Part shown: one piece after another, positions 21,350 through 31,274 of the stretch | Layout: the number at the start of each line of letters is the position of its first letter | Position numbering within the stretch: the first letter of the stretch is position 1 | DNA from: a virus | Strand: one strand, 5' to 3' | IMG/VR virus record: IMGVR_UViG_3300016476_001289 | Length of the DNA stretch: 64,000 nt | Notes under the pieces: generated by a model | The model's input: the letters and a program-made list of their open reading frames with translations, nothing else | Databases searched by the model: none | Told to the model about the DNA's origin: nothing | Program-made: the position numbers and the translations under genes

Positions 21350-21928
21350 ATGTTCGACTTCAAAAAACTTAAAGACAACCCAGAACTCGTCTACCATGTA
21401 GAACCCCACCTCAAAAAAGATAAAGACTTTATCCTTAAATGTGTCTCTGTTAATGGTAACTGTATCAACTGGGCAGACCCTTCCCTCCACCAAGATACCC
21501 AAATTGTACATACGGCTATTACTAATAGCCCACTCGCTTATGCCTTTATTGATAATACATCTATAAGAGATGATAGAGAACTTGCTAAAATAGCTCTCCT
21601 CAATAATGGTCTCGCTTTACAATTCCTATCTGAGAAATTAAAAGATGATGAACATCTAGTAGAGATCGCTATGGCTCAAAACCCCTTAGCTTTTATATAT
21701 GCTAGTAATAGAATTAAACACTTCCACCTTGTATCACTCGATAAAACTAAATTACATATCCACATAGACACTGAAGGCTTTGCCTCTTTCTTTATCCCTA
21801 AAGATATGTCTAAAGAACAATTAAAAGTTTTTAAGGTTCTCCACCTTATTAAAGAACCTAGTTGGTTTCTCTCTCTTGTATTATGGATCGAACTCTTATT
21901 TAAAAGACTCTTAAATAAATGGATGTAA
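21350..21928 (+). CDS. DUF4116-like repeat protein fused to an EPSW domain
   Basis: Repeats like D.E....A...NG.ALQF.SE.LK; C-terminal KEPSWFLSLVLWIE. Confidence 0.75.
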   Translation: MFDFKKLKDNPELVYHVEPHLKKDKDFILKCVSVNGNCINWADPSLHQDTQIVHTAITNSPLAYAFIDNTSIRDDRELAKIALLNNGLALQFLSEKLKDDEHLVEIAMAQNPLAFIYASNRIKHFHLVSLDKTKLHIHIDTEGFASFFIPKDMSKEQLKVFKVLHLIKEPSWFLSLVLWIELLFKRLLNKWM

Positions 21929-21929
21929 T

Positions 21930-22169
21930 ATGGAAGAAAGTGTTAAGTTCCTACTCACAGATTTAAACAACCCTCCCCACTCTATTATATATAATCACGG
22001 AAGACCACATATCATTATTGAAAATGAAAATGTTATTGACACATGGTCTCTTACTAACCACTCAGGTGAATATTCCTACTATATAGATGAAGAACTATAT
22101 ACCTATAAACTACACAGAGAAATTAAATCTTCACCCATTGATAAAATCAATCTCAAAATTAAACCTTAA
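21930..22169 (+). CDS. Hypothetical protein
   Basis: Abutting ORF. Confidence 0.55.
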   Translation: MEESVKFLLTDLNNPPHSIIYNHGRPHIIIENENVIDTWSLTNHSGEYSYYIDEELYTYKLHREIKSSPIDKINLKIKP

Positions 22170-23466
22170 ATTCTATACTCGACCACACATTCACTATACT
22201 AAATACCTTATCTAATATCCACCTTAACCTATTAGCAGGAAATGGCACTCTTAATTTATCCTGATCTAAATCTTCTATCCTATTTAACCCTGTGTTATTA
22301 TATATCACCCTTAATGGTGCTTGTAGTCCATATTTAATTATCTCATCTTCCACCTCTTCACTTAACTTATATAAAGCTAACACTAAACCCTCTCTTATCA
22401 CACCACCCTGTATAGCACTTACTAAAGTCTGTATAGATTTCTCCACCTGCACTCTTTTATTTCTAGCTTCTACTTCTGTATAACCACCTACCTTCACTCT
22501 TAATAAACTCCCACTTAATGCACTTATCCTCTCTTTTAATCCTTCTCTCATAAAATATAAATCACTTGTATAGGATTCAGCTTGGTGGTTTAATTGATCT
22601 ATTCTCTTAGATGTCAATTCCACCTTATCTTCATATTGCTCAAATATAACTTCATTATGTTTTATCTTTATCTCATAAGCAGAGCCATACCAATCTAAAT
22701 CAAATTCTTTTTTAAATTCATTTTGTACTTCGCCACCTACAAAAGATTCTAAATCCTTTAACCACTCACCTACCCAATTTACTTTAGGTGTTTCTAAAGC
22801 ATAAGCATCTATAACACCTTTATTTCTATTTAAGGTGATCATATCTAAAACAGCCTTAGAGAAATAAGGGGCGACTACTACAATAGGTCTCCCTTCTATT
22901 TTATTTTCTAAAGCAGGGATTATCTCTTCTACCTTATTTACAGGTCTATTATACATAACTACCATAGGACCTTTAAGTGATATTTCTTTCTCATATTTAT
23001 GAGAACACTTAGCTATAAATCCTTCACTATGTATAACTTCTATATCTACTTTATCACCTACTTCTACTGAGATATGTATATCTGTTCCATTAGATAATAA
23101 AGCTTCATATATAAGAGTAGGTAAATCAGGTGCTATCTTTTCTAAATCTTCTCTTGTAGGTTTCTCTATTCCTTTATCACTTAAAACAGGTTTAGATAAG
23201 GGATAAGGTCTATTTAGTTTATTTAATCCTATGAGTAAACTTGTTAAGATAAACACAGCTGTTTTACAGCCATCACCTTCACCACATACTTCATATAAGA
23301 ATCCTCTTACATATTTATTAGTCTTCCAAGCTAGTAAAGTAGTTTTAGCTGAAGGGTTTATCAATAATGCTTTATTTCTGTATAGCATTATATTCTTATT
23401 ATTAGATAAATGACTACTTGCCAATAAGGTGGTTATCTCTTTTAAGTCTTCTAAGTAAATTATCAT
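22159..23466 (-). CDS. Highly divergent GroEL/Cpn60-like protein
   Basis: GDGCKTA (cf. GDGTTTA), ISVEVG..EGF, LKERISALSG...VKVGGYTEVE...AIQGGV, APLRVI; start moved to ATG 23466. Confidence 0.85.
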   Translation of the reverse strand: MIIYLEDLKEITTLLASSHLSNNKNIMLYRNKALLINPSAKTTLLAWKTNKYVRGFLYEVCGEGDGCKTAVFILTSLLIGLNKLNRPYPLSKPVLSDKGIEKPTREDLEKIAPDLPTLIYEALLSNGTDIHISVEVGDKVDIEVIHSEGFIAKCSHKYEKEISLKGPMVVMYNRPVNKVEEIIPALENKIEGRPIVVVAPYFSKAVLDMITLNRNKGVIDAYALETPKVNWVGEWLKDLESFVGGEVQNEFKKEFDLDWYGSAYEIKIKHNEVIFEQYEDKVELTSKRIDQLNHQAESYTSDLYFMREGLKERISALSGSLLRVKVGGYTEVEARNKRVQVEKSIQTLVSAIQGGVIREGLVLALYKLSEEVEDEIIKYGLQAPLRVIYNNTGLNRIEDLDQDKLRVPFPANRLRWILDKVFSIVNVWSSIEFKV

Positions 23467-23520
23467 ATTCAAATCTCCTTAAGTCTATCATACCATAATA
23501 ACAGATAAACCCTAGTGTCA

Positions 23521-23592
23521 ATATTTCTACATTTTAAGGGCTAGATTTCTTGCTCCCTGCACAAAAAAAACCCAACCTAGCAAAAAGCTAGG
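23521..23592 (-). terminator. Cassette end: CCTAGCTTTTTGCTAGG hairpin, T-run, box A x2 (partial)
   Basis: Same hairpin at 24624-24640, variant at 31841-31857. Confidence 0.8.
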
Positions 23593-23892
23593 TTATTTAT
23601 CATCAGCAAAGTTATGTGTAGTAGATATTTGTAAATATCTAGGATGATAGAACCAAGCTAAATCTCTATTCATAGGATTATCATAAATCTGAAAGAAATA
23701 ATGAAATTTCTCACCTTGATATTCAATCTCAAAGCTACCTTTATTAAGGTTGAAATTTTGACATGATAGCTTGTATCCAATCAAAAGAGTGGTTCTGTCT
23801 TGTGGTAATTCTAAAAGGATAATATCCTTTTTTAATTTTGCTTTTTGGGTTTTATTCATTGAGGGGCAGTTGATTTTAATACTCATAGTCAT
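23593..23892 (-). CDS. Hypothetical cassette cargo protein
   Basis: RBS GAAAGGAAAAAGCTATG after promoter arm. Confidence 0.75.
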   Translation of the reverse strand: MTMSIKINCPSMNKTQKAKLKKDIILLELPQDRTTLLIGYKLSCQNFNLNKGSFEIEYQGEKFHYFFQIYDNPMNRDLAWFYHPRYLQISTTHNFADDK

Positions 23893-23919
23893 AGCTTTTT
23901 CCTTTCATTTATTGTTAAT

Positions 23920-24345
23920 TGCTATACTTAATATATGTTTTAGATATTGATTTTAGTATAGGTGAAAAAGCTTAGGTATTTCAATCACTTATGAGATTAA
24001 AAAACTAGGATAAAATGTAGAAATCTAAGCACTATTAGGCTAATATGTAGAAATCTAGGTGAAAGGGTAAAAAGGGTCCGCATACAAAATTTTAGGTTTG
24101 TTTTGGCAATTTTGGCTTCACCTAGATTTCTACATATAACCTTATCCTGAGTTGCTAGGAAAAAGGTCAAAAATAGGTAAAAAGGGTCCGCATACTTTTT
24201 TTGGCTTCACCTAGATTTCTACATATTATCCACACCCTAGATTTCTACATTTTATCCTAATGGGTGAATTCCCTAAGTATCTAAAACCCTTAAATTTTCT
24301 TATTTTAGTGAAAAAAACCCTTAAAAACATAGAATAAGTATAGCA
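23920..24345. repeat. Bidirectional hub (type I)
   Basis: Box A fwd 24015, 24045, rev 24122, 24211, 24237; box B ~24074, ~24184. Confidence 0.9.
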
Positions 24346-24372
24346 AATAACAATAAATGAAAGGATTTAGCT

Positions 24373-24621
24373 ATGAATTTTCAAGACTTGATTAAAGAAC
24401 TTGCGTTATTAGGATATTTTGAACTTGATTTATCTCTTAAAGATAATATGATTCACTTCAATAATAATGATGAATTATTTATCAATGATGAATTATCTCT
24501 ATATGAAGTTAATCATGAAGGTAGAAGATTTGAATTATGTATAGTCGAATCTGTGGATGATGTGATTTTCTATATTGAAGAAAATCAATTTACCCCTGAT
24601 TCTTCCGACTGCCCAAATTAA
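24373..24621 (+). CDS. Small acidic cassette cargo protein, paralog of 31589..31831
   Basis: MNF..L.KEL.LLG.FE...LC..ESVDDV..Y.E. Confidence 0.8.
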   Translation: MNFQDLIKELALLGYFELDLSLKDNMIHFNNNDELFINDELSLYEVNHEGRRFELCIVESVDDVIFYIEENQFTPDSSDCPN

Positions 24622-24623
24622 AT

Positions 24624-24860
24624 CCTAGCTTTTTGCTAGGTTGGGTTTTTTTTTGTGATTGAAGCAAGAAATCTAGTCTTTATTTTGTAGAAATCTAGGT
24701 GAAGTGGGTGATGTTAAGAAAAAGTATGCGGACCCCTATGGTATTCCACCCTAGATTTCTACAAAATATCCAAATCCCCAAATCCCATAAGTGATTGAAA
24801 TATCTAAGCTTTTTCACCTATGTTAAAACCATCACTTAAAACATATATTAAGTATAGCAA
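24624..24860 (+). repeat. Tandem cassette junction: terminator, box A x2, box B, inverted box A, promoter arm
   Basis: Hairpin 24624-24640; box A 24667, 24685; box B 24724; rev box A 24751; arm ~24787-24857. Confidence 0.9.
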
Positions 24861-24881
24861 TAACAAAACAAAGGATAAAAA

Positions 24882-25424
24882 ATGATTGACTTCACTAAAT
24901 ACAATTTTTCAAAATTCTATGATCTTGTAGTAGGAAAAAATAAAGCTAAGAGGGTAGAAAAGAAAAAGAAATTCATTGAGACTTATGGTGGTAATGAAGA
25001 AGTTATACGAACCCTTATTCAAAAAGTAGGTATCTATGAAGTATACAAGTATATTGCGCCTCATAATCCTATATTCAAAGATTATGAGCTTGTGAAAAAG
25101 TGTTTAAAGAAAGAGGTACTCTTTTTCAAGAAAATTCCAGTGAAATATAGAACTGAAGAACTTGTGTTGATATTCATGAAGTATGAGATGAAATATGACA
25201 TGAATTACAAGGGAATTGAAAAATCAATCAATAGTAAATTTCAATATCTCCTTGAGTCTAAATGGTGGAAAAAATATGTTGAAGAAAATATCAAGCTTCA
25301 ACAAAAAGAAAAAGATATGAAAATTTGGTGGCGAGAGAATAGTAAAAAGTATTCATCGGAAGATAGTGCAATTACAGCACTTGAAAGAAAATTTGGGAAG
25401 ATGAAAGACTACTTTGAGATTTAG
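24882..25424 (+). CDS. Basic hypothetical cassette cargo protein, possible single DUF4116-like repeat
   Basis: AAGGA RBS; FKDYELVKKCLK...KIP.KYRTEEL. Confidence 0.75.
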   Translation: MIDFTKYNFSKFYDLVVGKNKAKRVEKKKKFIETYGGNEEVIRTLIQKVGIYEVYKYIAPHNPIFKDYELVKKCLKKEVLFFKKIPVKYRTEELVLIFMKYEMKYDMNYKGIEKSINSKFQYLLESKWWKKYVEENIKLQQKEKDMKIWWRENSKKYSSEDSAITALERKFGKMKDYFEI

Positions 25425-25431
25425 GTTGGGC

Positions 25432-25532
25432 GTTGCCTTTACGGCAACAAAGATTTTTTTTGTGTAGGAAGCAAGAAGTCTATGGGTGGGCTAGGCAAGT
25501 AGAAATCTAGCCCTTATTTTGTAGAAATCTAG
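25432..25532 (+). terminator. Cassette end: hairpin, T-run, GGAAGCAAGAAGTCTA, box A x2
   Basis: GTTGCC/GGCAAC stem; box A at 25499 and 25519. Confidence 0.8.
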
Positions 25533-25765
25533 GGTGAATATCCTATATAGACATTATTTGTATTTAACCAAGTTGGTTTAGGTAGTGTTCTAGCTGTGTA
25601 TAAAGCAACTGATTGTCTTATGTTAAGAGGACTGATATAGAAACCTAATCCTTTAATTTCTTTTTTAGGGTGGGCAGGTGAAAAAGTAGATGAGAATAAA
25701 CCTATATTTTGAACTGAGTGAAAAATATTATTCCCATGACAATAAAAGAAAGGTGGGTTATTCAT
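25529..25765 (-). CDS. Small RSLPK..W.N family, member 6
   Basis: FFYC..NNIFH...RTLPKPTWLNTNNVYIG. Confidence 0.75.
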   Translation of the reverse strand: MNNPPFFYCHGNNIFHSVQNIGLFSSTFSPAHPKKEIKGLGFYISPLNIRQSVALYTARTLPKPTWLNTNNVYIGYSP

Positions 25766-25766
25766 A

Positions 25767-25997
25767 TTATCTTCCTATATAGACATTATCTGTGTTTTGC
25801 CAATTTGATTTAACTAAAGACCTTACACTATATAAGGCTATTGATCTTCTCATAGCTATGTTATCCATAGGTATATAATACCCCATACCTTTTATTTCAC
25901 CTCTACTTAAATGACCTGCTGAGGTAGATGAGAAGAAATTGGTGAACTGTATAGCTTGAAAGATATTATTAGCATTACAATTAAAAAAGAAGATCAT
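25767..25997 (-). CDS. Small RSLPK..W.N family, member 5
   Basis: RRSIALYSVRSLVKSNWQNTDNVYIGR. Confidence 0.75.
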   Translation of the reverse strand: MIFFFNCNANNIFQAIQFTNFFSSTSAGHLSRGEIKGMGYYIPMDNIAMRRSIALYSVRSLVKSNWQNTDNVYIGR

Positions 25998-26248
25998 TTA
26001 TCTTCTCTTCCTATATAGACATCATTAGAATTTTGCCAATTAGCTTTAGGTAAAGACCTGATACAAAACATAGCAACTGACCTTCTAAGGTTTTCTATAT
26101 TGTTCTCATATATAAGGACACCTTTACCTTTTATTCTATTATCTTTATGTTGCATGGTATGGGTAGAGAAGATACTTGTATATTGTTTAGCATGAAATAT
26201 ATCATTATTCTCATAATAGACAGAGAAGATAGCTTTATCATAGAACAT
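25994..26248 (-). CDS. Small RSLPK..W.N family, member 4
   Basis: RRSVAMFCIRSLPKANWQNSNDVYIGRE. Confidence 0.75.
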   Translation of the reverse strand: MFYDKAIFSVYYENNDIFHAKQYTSIFSTHTMQHKDNRIKGKGVLIYENNIENLRRSVAMFCIRSLPKANWQNSNDVYIGREDK

Positions 26249-26253
26249 AGGTT

Positions 26254-26499
26254 TTATTCTCTTCCTATATAGACATCATTAGAGTTTATCCAATTAGCTT
26301 TAGGTAAAGACCTAACACTAAATAAAACTATTGACCGTCTTATATTTTCTAAAGGTTCTTTATACATAAAGATGCCACCTAAATAAGTTTGATATTTAGG
26401 TTTAGAAGTATAATTTAAAGATAAAAAGCAAGTTTCTTGTTGTGCTTTAAAGATATTATTATTAGAACAGAAAAAGAAAGCTATCGGTTGAATATCCAT
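26254..26499 (-). CDS. Small RSLPK..W.N family, member 3
   Basis: RRSIVLFSVRSLPKANWINSNDVYIGRE. Confidence 0.75.
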   Translation of the reverse strand: MDIQPIAFFFCSNNNIFKAQQETCFLSLNYTSKPKYQTYLGGIFMYKEPLENIRRSIVLFSVRSLPKANWINSNDVYIGRE

Positions 26500-26501
26500 A
26501 G

Positions 26502-26741
26502 TTAATTCTCTCTTCCTAAGAAGACATTATTAGTATTCATCCAAGTATGAATAGGTAAAGACCTGATACTATAAACCACTATACTCTTTCTTAAAATATC
26601 TTGATCCACAAAAATAGCACTACTTTTTGATCTATTATTTGTTCTTAAAGAGTATTCAGAAGATAAAACACAAGTTTTTACTTTCCCATGAAAAAGATCA
26701 TTAGAATCACAAAGTAAAAAAAAGAAGGTGTAGTTATTCAT
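26502..26741 (-). CDS. Small RSLPK..W.N family, member 2
   Basis: RKSIVVYSIRSLPIHTWMNTNNVFLGRE. Confidence 0.75.
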   Translation of the reverse strand: MNNYTFFFLLCDSNDLFHGKVKTCVLSSEYSLRTNNRSKSSAIFVDQDILRKSIVVYSIRSLPIHTWMNTNNVFLGREN

Positions 26742-26744
26742 TTT

Positions 26745-26951
26745 CTATTCCTTATAAAAGACATCACAATTATTTACCCATGTGTGTTTAGGTAATGACC
26801 TAACACTAAATAATACTATACTCCGTCTCATAGATTCTTTACTTAAGGGTATCCCATGATTTATGGAACTATTACTTGATAGAAAACAACTATGTCTTAT
26901 AAAGACACTATGGTAGATGTCATTCCCTATAAAGAAAAAGTATCCTATCAT
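26745..26951 (-). CDS. Small RSLPK..W.N family, member 1
   Basis: RRSIVLFSVRSLPKHTWVNNCDVF. Confidence 0.75.
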   Translation of the reverse strand: MIGYFFFIGNDIYHSVFIRHSCFLSSNSSINHGIPLSKESMRRSIVLFSVRSLPKHTWVNNCDVFYKE

Positions 26952-28480
26952 TCTTTTAAAAACCCATGTTCATAAACACCAGGTCTTAACTTATCTCCTA
27001 GTGCCTTATGTAAATCCTTTAACACCTTAAAGTCGTCCTTATACTCAATTTCCCAAAACCCCTTTAACTGATACCACCCACAATCCCAACAAGTTAATTG
27101 TAATTCAGGATTTGCCAAAGCATAGGCTTCTCTTGTATCTAAGGACTTAACCCATAAGTTAGTAGCATGGACTAATAAATCCTCAGCTTCTTTACTAAGT
27201 GTAAGTTCCCCAATTAAGGTCGCCACATAAGACTCTTCATAATGTTTTTCAAAATCTTCATACAATAAAGGACACTTCTCTTTTAATAAGCCTTTAATGC
27301 CATATCTCTCTAACCAAAAGAAATGATTTTTAATTTGCCAAATTTCGCCACCCCAAGAGACATCTCTCATACTTGTACAATTATTCTTTGTCTCAAAGAT
27401 ACTATATATATGACAATCATCTACCCACTGTTCATAACCTTCTTTTAATTCAGAAGGTTGTATATAAGTCCCATTCTCATCTAACCACTTTTGTGTAAAA
27501 GGAATTATAGGGTGATCTATATATGGGATTTCTTTAGGTGGGGCTTTCTTAATAGGTCCTGTCTTTTCTCTTTCTTTAATCTTTAAGCCACTTGTCATAA
27601 TAGGGTATTCATAAACCTCCATGCCTTCAATAGGTTCTCTCACCCATTCACTAGCTGACTTATGGTTATCGCAGTTATAAATTTGTTTCCACCCTACATG
27701 ACTAGCATCTAGTTCTCTAATAGAGAGAATAGGTTCTTCAGTATTTTCACCTTCAGACCATATAGTAAAGCCTACACCCCATTCAGAAGAAACACCTGAG
27801 AAAGCACTAGCATTAAAGAAGAATCCTTGTTGGAATTTAAAATCTCTATAATACCATTTACGGAATTTTTGAGCTGTCTCTTGGATCATGAATTTAATAG
27901 GTGAGAATAGACAGATAGAAACTTTAGTATAACCGAAGTTCCTAGCTTGTCTTACGGCTTCAAAGATAAATTGAAAGTATAAATTAGAGCGACAAGCACC
28001 TACCATAGACATAAGGTTCTTCACCTTAGTCTCAGACACACCTTCTTTATTTTCTTCATCGTCAGCTAAAGTACCTGCTGCGGCATAAGGAGGGTTCATA
28101 AAGAATACAAGTCTCTTATCTGTATTCTTAGATAAGAGATTAAAGGCATATTCCGATAAAGGATTCTCATAAGAGAATAGGTCTAGGTCAGGGTTAAGGA
28201 AGTCATATTTAAAAGCATTGGTATAACCTTGTTTAACGAGTAGGTCTACTTCAGGTTGTTCGAGTGTAGAGATAATGAGATTTTTAAAATCATATTCTCT
28301 TGTTAAGTTACCTGACCCTGCACAACAATCCCATACGACACATTCATCTTTCCAGTTTTCACCTAAGACTTTGGTGGTGAGTTTATGTGCTTCATCTACC
28401 CATAATTTAGGGGTGAAGAAAGCACCTTGTCTAGTTCTAATTTCATTTACTATGGTTTGATCATAATTTTCAATCTTCAT
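26948..28480 (-). CDS. Amino (N6-adenine type) DNA methyltransferase, orphan
   Basis: GAFFTP, VWDCCAGSGNL (motif I), MNPPY (motif IV). Confidence 0.85.
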   Translation of the reverse strand: MKIENYDQTIVNEIRTRQGAFFTPKLWVDEAHKLTTKVLGENWKDECVVWDCCAGSGNLTREYDFKNLIISTLEQPEVDLLVKQGYTNAFKYDFLNPDLDLFSYENPLSEYAFNLLSKNTDKRLVFFMNPPYAAAGTLADDEENKEGVSETKVKNLMSMVGACRSNLYFQFIFEAVRQARNFGYTKVSICLFSPIKFMIQETAQKFRKWYYRDFKFQQGFFFNASAFSGVSSEWGVGFTIWSEGENTEEPILSIRELDASHVGWKQIYNCDNHKSASEWVREPIEGMEVYEYPIMTSGLKIKEREKTGPIKKAPPKEIPYIDHPIIPFTQKWLDENGTYIQPSELKEGYEQWVDDCHIYSIFETKNNCTSMRDVSWGGEIWQIKNHFFWLERYGIKGLLKEKCPLLYEDFEKHYEESYVATLIGELTLSKEAEDLLVHATNLWVKSLDTREAYALANPELQLTCWDCGWYQLKGFWEIEYKDDFKVLKDLHKALGDKLRPGVYEHGFLKE

Positions 28481-28735
28481 AAAGTTCCTTTTCTCTTATA
28501 TAGAAGAATATCTATAATGTTCTTCTATTATATTATACATAATACTTATATATCTTTATAATTACTTAGTACTGAGTATTAGAATATAGTCTTATAAGTA
28601 GATTCCACCTATATCTATTCTCACCTATATATTATTCACCTATATATCTTATATAAAATATTTTTAGAAACCCTATATGTGTTGGATAATATAAAATATC
28701 ATTTATGACCTTTATAACTTTTGGAGTAAAAGATA

Positions 28736-28936
28736 ATGTACGATTCTTTATCTGAGAATAGATTATATTTCCATGATCTCACCGAAGATACTTATGTTCA
28801 AGTATCAAGAGATTTTTTTGATGTTGTCCGTCTTCACTATATACAAAAAGAAGATATTGTTAAAACCCAAACATATAAGTATGAAGAGTTCTCTGAAGAT
28901 GTATTCAATAAATTTATCTCAGAGATTTGTAGCTAA
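28736..28936 (+). CDS. Hypothetical protein
   Basis: GGAG RBS, 66 aa. Confidence 0.55.
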   Translation: MYDSLSENRLYFHDLTEDTYVQVSRDFFDVVRLHYIQKEDIVKTQTYKYEEFSEDVFNKFISEICS

Positions 28937-29353
28937 ACATATTTGTATATCTATATCATCTAACTTATCTAAGTGTTTTATCATTAAACTTTTTACATCT
29001 TCCCAATTTAAACCACCACGACCACACCCTAATTTAGGAAATGCTATTGAGTCTATTCCTAATCCCTTATAGGTCTTTACAAAATGTTCTAATCCCTTAT
29101 CTATATAAGATAAACTAGATCCTGATTTCCAATGTCTCTTAGTAGGGAAGTTATATACTTCACCATATAGATAAGGTTCACCTATTTTAAACTCTTCTCT
29201 CATACACCTATGATAATAATCTTTATACATATCAGGGTATCTAGTTTTAAATTCTAAGGCTATACCTATTCCCATTACACCTACAATATTAACAGCATTA
29301 ACTAAAACTTTAGCATCTGTTTCAAATACATTTTTATCAGTAAAGAAAAGCAT
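28919..29353 (-). CDS. Macrodomain protein, DarG-like
   Basis: LVNAVNIVGVMGIGIALEFK, NFPTKRHW, SIAFPKLGCGRGGLNW. Confidence 0.92.
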   Translation of the reverse strand: MLFFTDKNVFETDAKVLVNAVNIVGVMGIGIALEFKTRYPDMYKDYYHRCMREEFKIGEPYLYGEVYNFPTKRHWKSGSSLSYIDKGLEHFVKTYKGLGIDSIAFPKLGCGRGGLNWEDVKSLMIKHLDKLDDIDIQICLATNL

Positions 29354-29408
29354 AGATTTCTACTTTCGAGAATAAAAAAAACATCACATCAGCTACAAGA
29401 GATTTATC

Positions 29409-29738
29409 TTATAGGATAAATCCCTTGCAACCGATGATATTACCACTAGCATCTCTTAAAGTATCAGGAGCAAGTAAATCTTTACGACCTACTTTCTTAC
29501 CTGCTTCAAGGACGATTAAGCTAACAATATAAAACACATTATCTTGGGGCGCAGGTAAATCAACTATCTCACCTAAGATACTCATTTTTAATGGTATTAA
29601 GATACCATCTAAATCAAGAGTAGGTAAATCGAGATTTGTTTGATTCACACGAGGCAAGATACCACTCTTTTCAAAAGTAGTGGTAGTTCCATTATAGATC
29701 AGGTGAACATCATGGGGTGTTGCATTAATGATTTGCAT
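29409..29738 (-). CDS. Conserved phage-type protein (N.TPH family)
   Basis: IINATPH, LPAP..NVFYIVS, R.DLLAP, RD..G.IIGC; start moved from 29783. Confidence 0.75.
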   Translation of the reverse strand: MQIINATPHDVHLIYNGTTTTFEKSGILPRVNQTNLDLPTLDLDGILIPLKMSILGEIVDLPAPQDNVFYIVSLIVLEAGKKVGRKDLLAPDTLRDASGNIIGCKGFIL

Positions 29739-29751
29739 TTTAAGTCCTTTC

Positions 29752-29946
29752 TTATTTGTTGTTTTTGTTTTTGAGTGAAGCAATTACTTTGTCATCATAA
29801 GCATTAGCAAAGCTATGAATAGATTTAGCTTTAATGCCATAATCTAAAAGATCAAAATCTTTGAAAGATAAAGATCTTTTTGTATTAGTGGTTTTAGGTG
29901 TTCTAAAAATTTTTCCTTTTGGGAAGGTGTTGTAAGTCTTAGACAT
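29752..29946 (-). CDS. Small basic hypothetical protein
   Basis: FRTPKT...AYDD; overlaps upstream stop. Confidence 0.6.
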   Translation of the reverse strand: MSKTYNTFPKGKIFRTPKTTNTKRSLSFKDFDLLDYGIKAKSIHSFANAYDDKVIASLKNKNNK

Positions 29947-30394
29947 TTTTTTCCTTTGTGGTTTTGGTTTTAGGTGTCTTAGGTGCTTTAGCAGTCTTGG
30001 GTGCTTCTTCTACTTTGGGTGCTTCAACTTTAGGTGATACTCTTTTCTCAATCAATCCTAAGAAATAAGCTTGTTTTGAGCTAAGTTCTTTACCTTCTAA
30101 AATTTGAGATTTGAGTGATTTAGCAAATTCAATATCTTTGACTTCAGTAGCATACACTAAAACATTATTAGCCTTAGTTAATAATCCTAATGAATCATCA
30201 CTTAAAGTCTCTACCTTGACTTGAGTCTTAGGTGATACAAGCTTATTCCAGCATTGTAATTGCTTTTCGGATAGCTCTTTACCTTGCTTTTCTACTTGTT
30301 TATGTAGACTCTTGCTAAATTTCTCTTCCCATTCATTAGATGGTTTAAAAGAAGAGAATTGATTGAGAAATTGTGTTTTATTGAAACTTGTCAT
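29939..30394 (-). CDS. LSEKQ-repeat protein, close paralog of 1557..2057
   Basis: Long identical stretches, e.g. TKANNVLVYATEVKDIEFAKSLKSQILEGKELSSKQAYFLGLIEKRVSPKVEAPK. Confidence 0.85.
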   Translation of the reverse strand: MTSFNKTQFLNQFSSFKPSNEWEEKFSKSLHKQVEKQGKELSEKQLQCWNKLVSPKTQVKVETLSDDSLGLLTKANNVLVYATEVKDIEFAKSLKSQILEGKELSSKQAYFLGLIEKRVSPKVEAPKVEEAPKTAKAPKTPKTKTTKEKNV

Positions 30395-30477
30395 AGCGTT
30401 TTATCCTTTATGTTATGCTATGTTAAAAGACTTATCAATCATCTATGTTGATAAGTTTAAGAGTTTATCTTTATCTC

Positions 30478-30871
30478 TTATACTACTTGTATGTTTTAGG
30501 TGATAATTTTAACACAGGTGAAAAAGCTTATATATATCAATAGGTTGTAGAATATGCTCACTTGGATATTATGTAGAAATCTAGGAATTTTAAAAACTAG
30601 GCTATTATGTAGAAATCTAGGTGAAAATAGATAGGGGGTTCGCATACTTTTTTCACCCACCCTAGATTTCTACATATTAATGTGGCATCACCTTAATATG
30701 GGGTCCGCATACTTTCACCCAAATTCTTTTAGATTTCTACATTTTAGGGTATTATCTCGTCACCCTAGATTTCTACATATTATCAAGATACCTAAATCGC
30801 CTAAGTTATTGATATATATAAGCTTTTTCACTTATGTTAAAAATATTACCTAAAACATATATTGAGTATAA
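30478..30871. repeat. Bidirectional hub (type I)
   Basis: Box A fwd 30571, 30607, rev 30662, 30729, 30765; box B ~30636, 30701; same layout as 1095-1494. Confidence 0.9.
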
Positions 30872-30949
30872 GAGATAAAGATAAGCTCTTATGCTTAACA
30901 ACATTGATGATTGTTAAGCTCAACATAGCAAAACAAAGGATTTAAAGCT

Positions 30950-31246
30950 ATGAAATTTAGAAAAGATAATTTTGATAATACCTCTTGCGATTTACCTAGA
31001 ATCGAAACACCTAGCAATGAAACAGAGCAAGTCTTAAAAAGCGTTGATTTTGGTGTTTTTAGAACCGACAAAGAAACTCACTACCTTCATAATGGTTTAG
31101 GTTGTCAAGTGATTCATTGTCGATATGGGTATTTAGTAAGAGATTTTATTCAATATACCGGGCAAGTTAAGCGCCCTGCTCTTCATACTATTGAGAAGCT
31201 TCTTGAGGCACTTGATGATGCTAGAACTTGGAAAAATTGGAAGTAA
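30950..31246 (+). CDS. Hypothetical cassette cargo protein
   Basis: RBS AAAGGATTTAAAGCTATG. Confidence 0.75.
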   Translation: MKFRKDNFDNTSCDLPRIETPSNETEQVLKSVDFGVFRTDKETHYLHNGLGCQVIHCRYGYLVRDFIQYTGQVKRPALHTIEKLLEALDDARTWKNWK

Positions 31247-31274
31247 TAAGCTTCTTATCGTGGATTGAGTTTTG

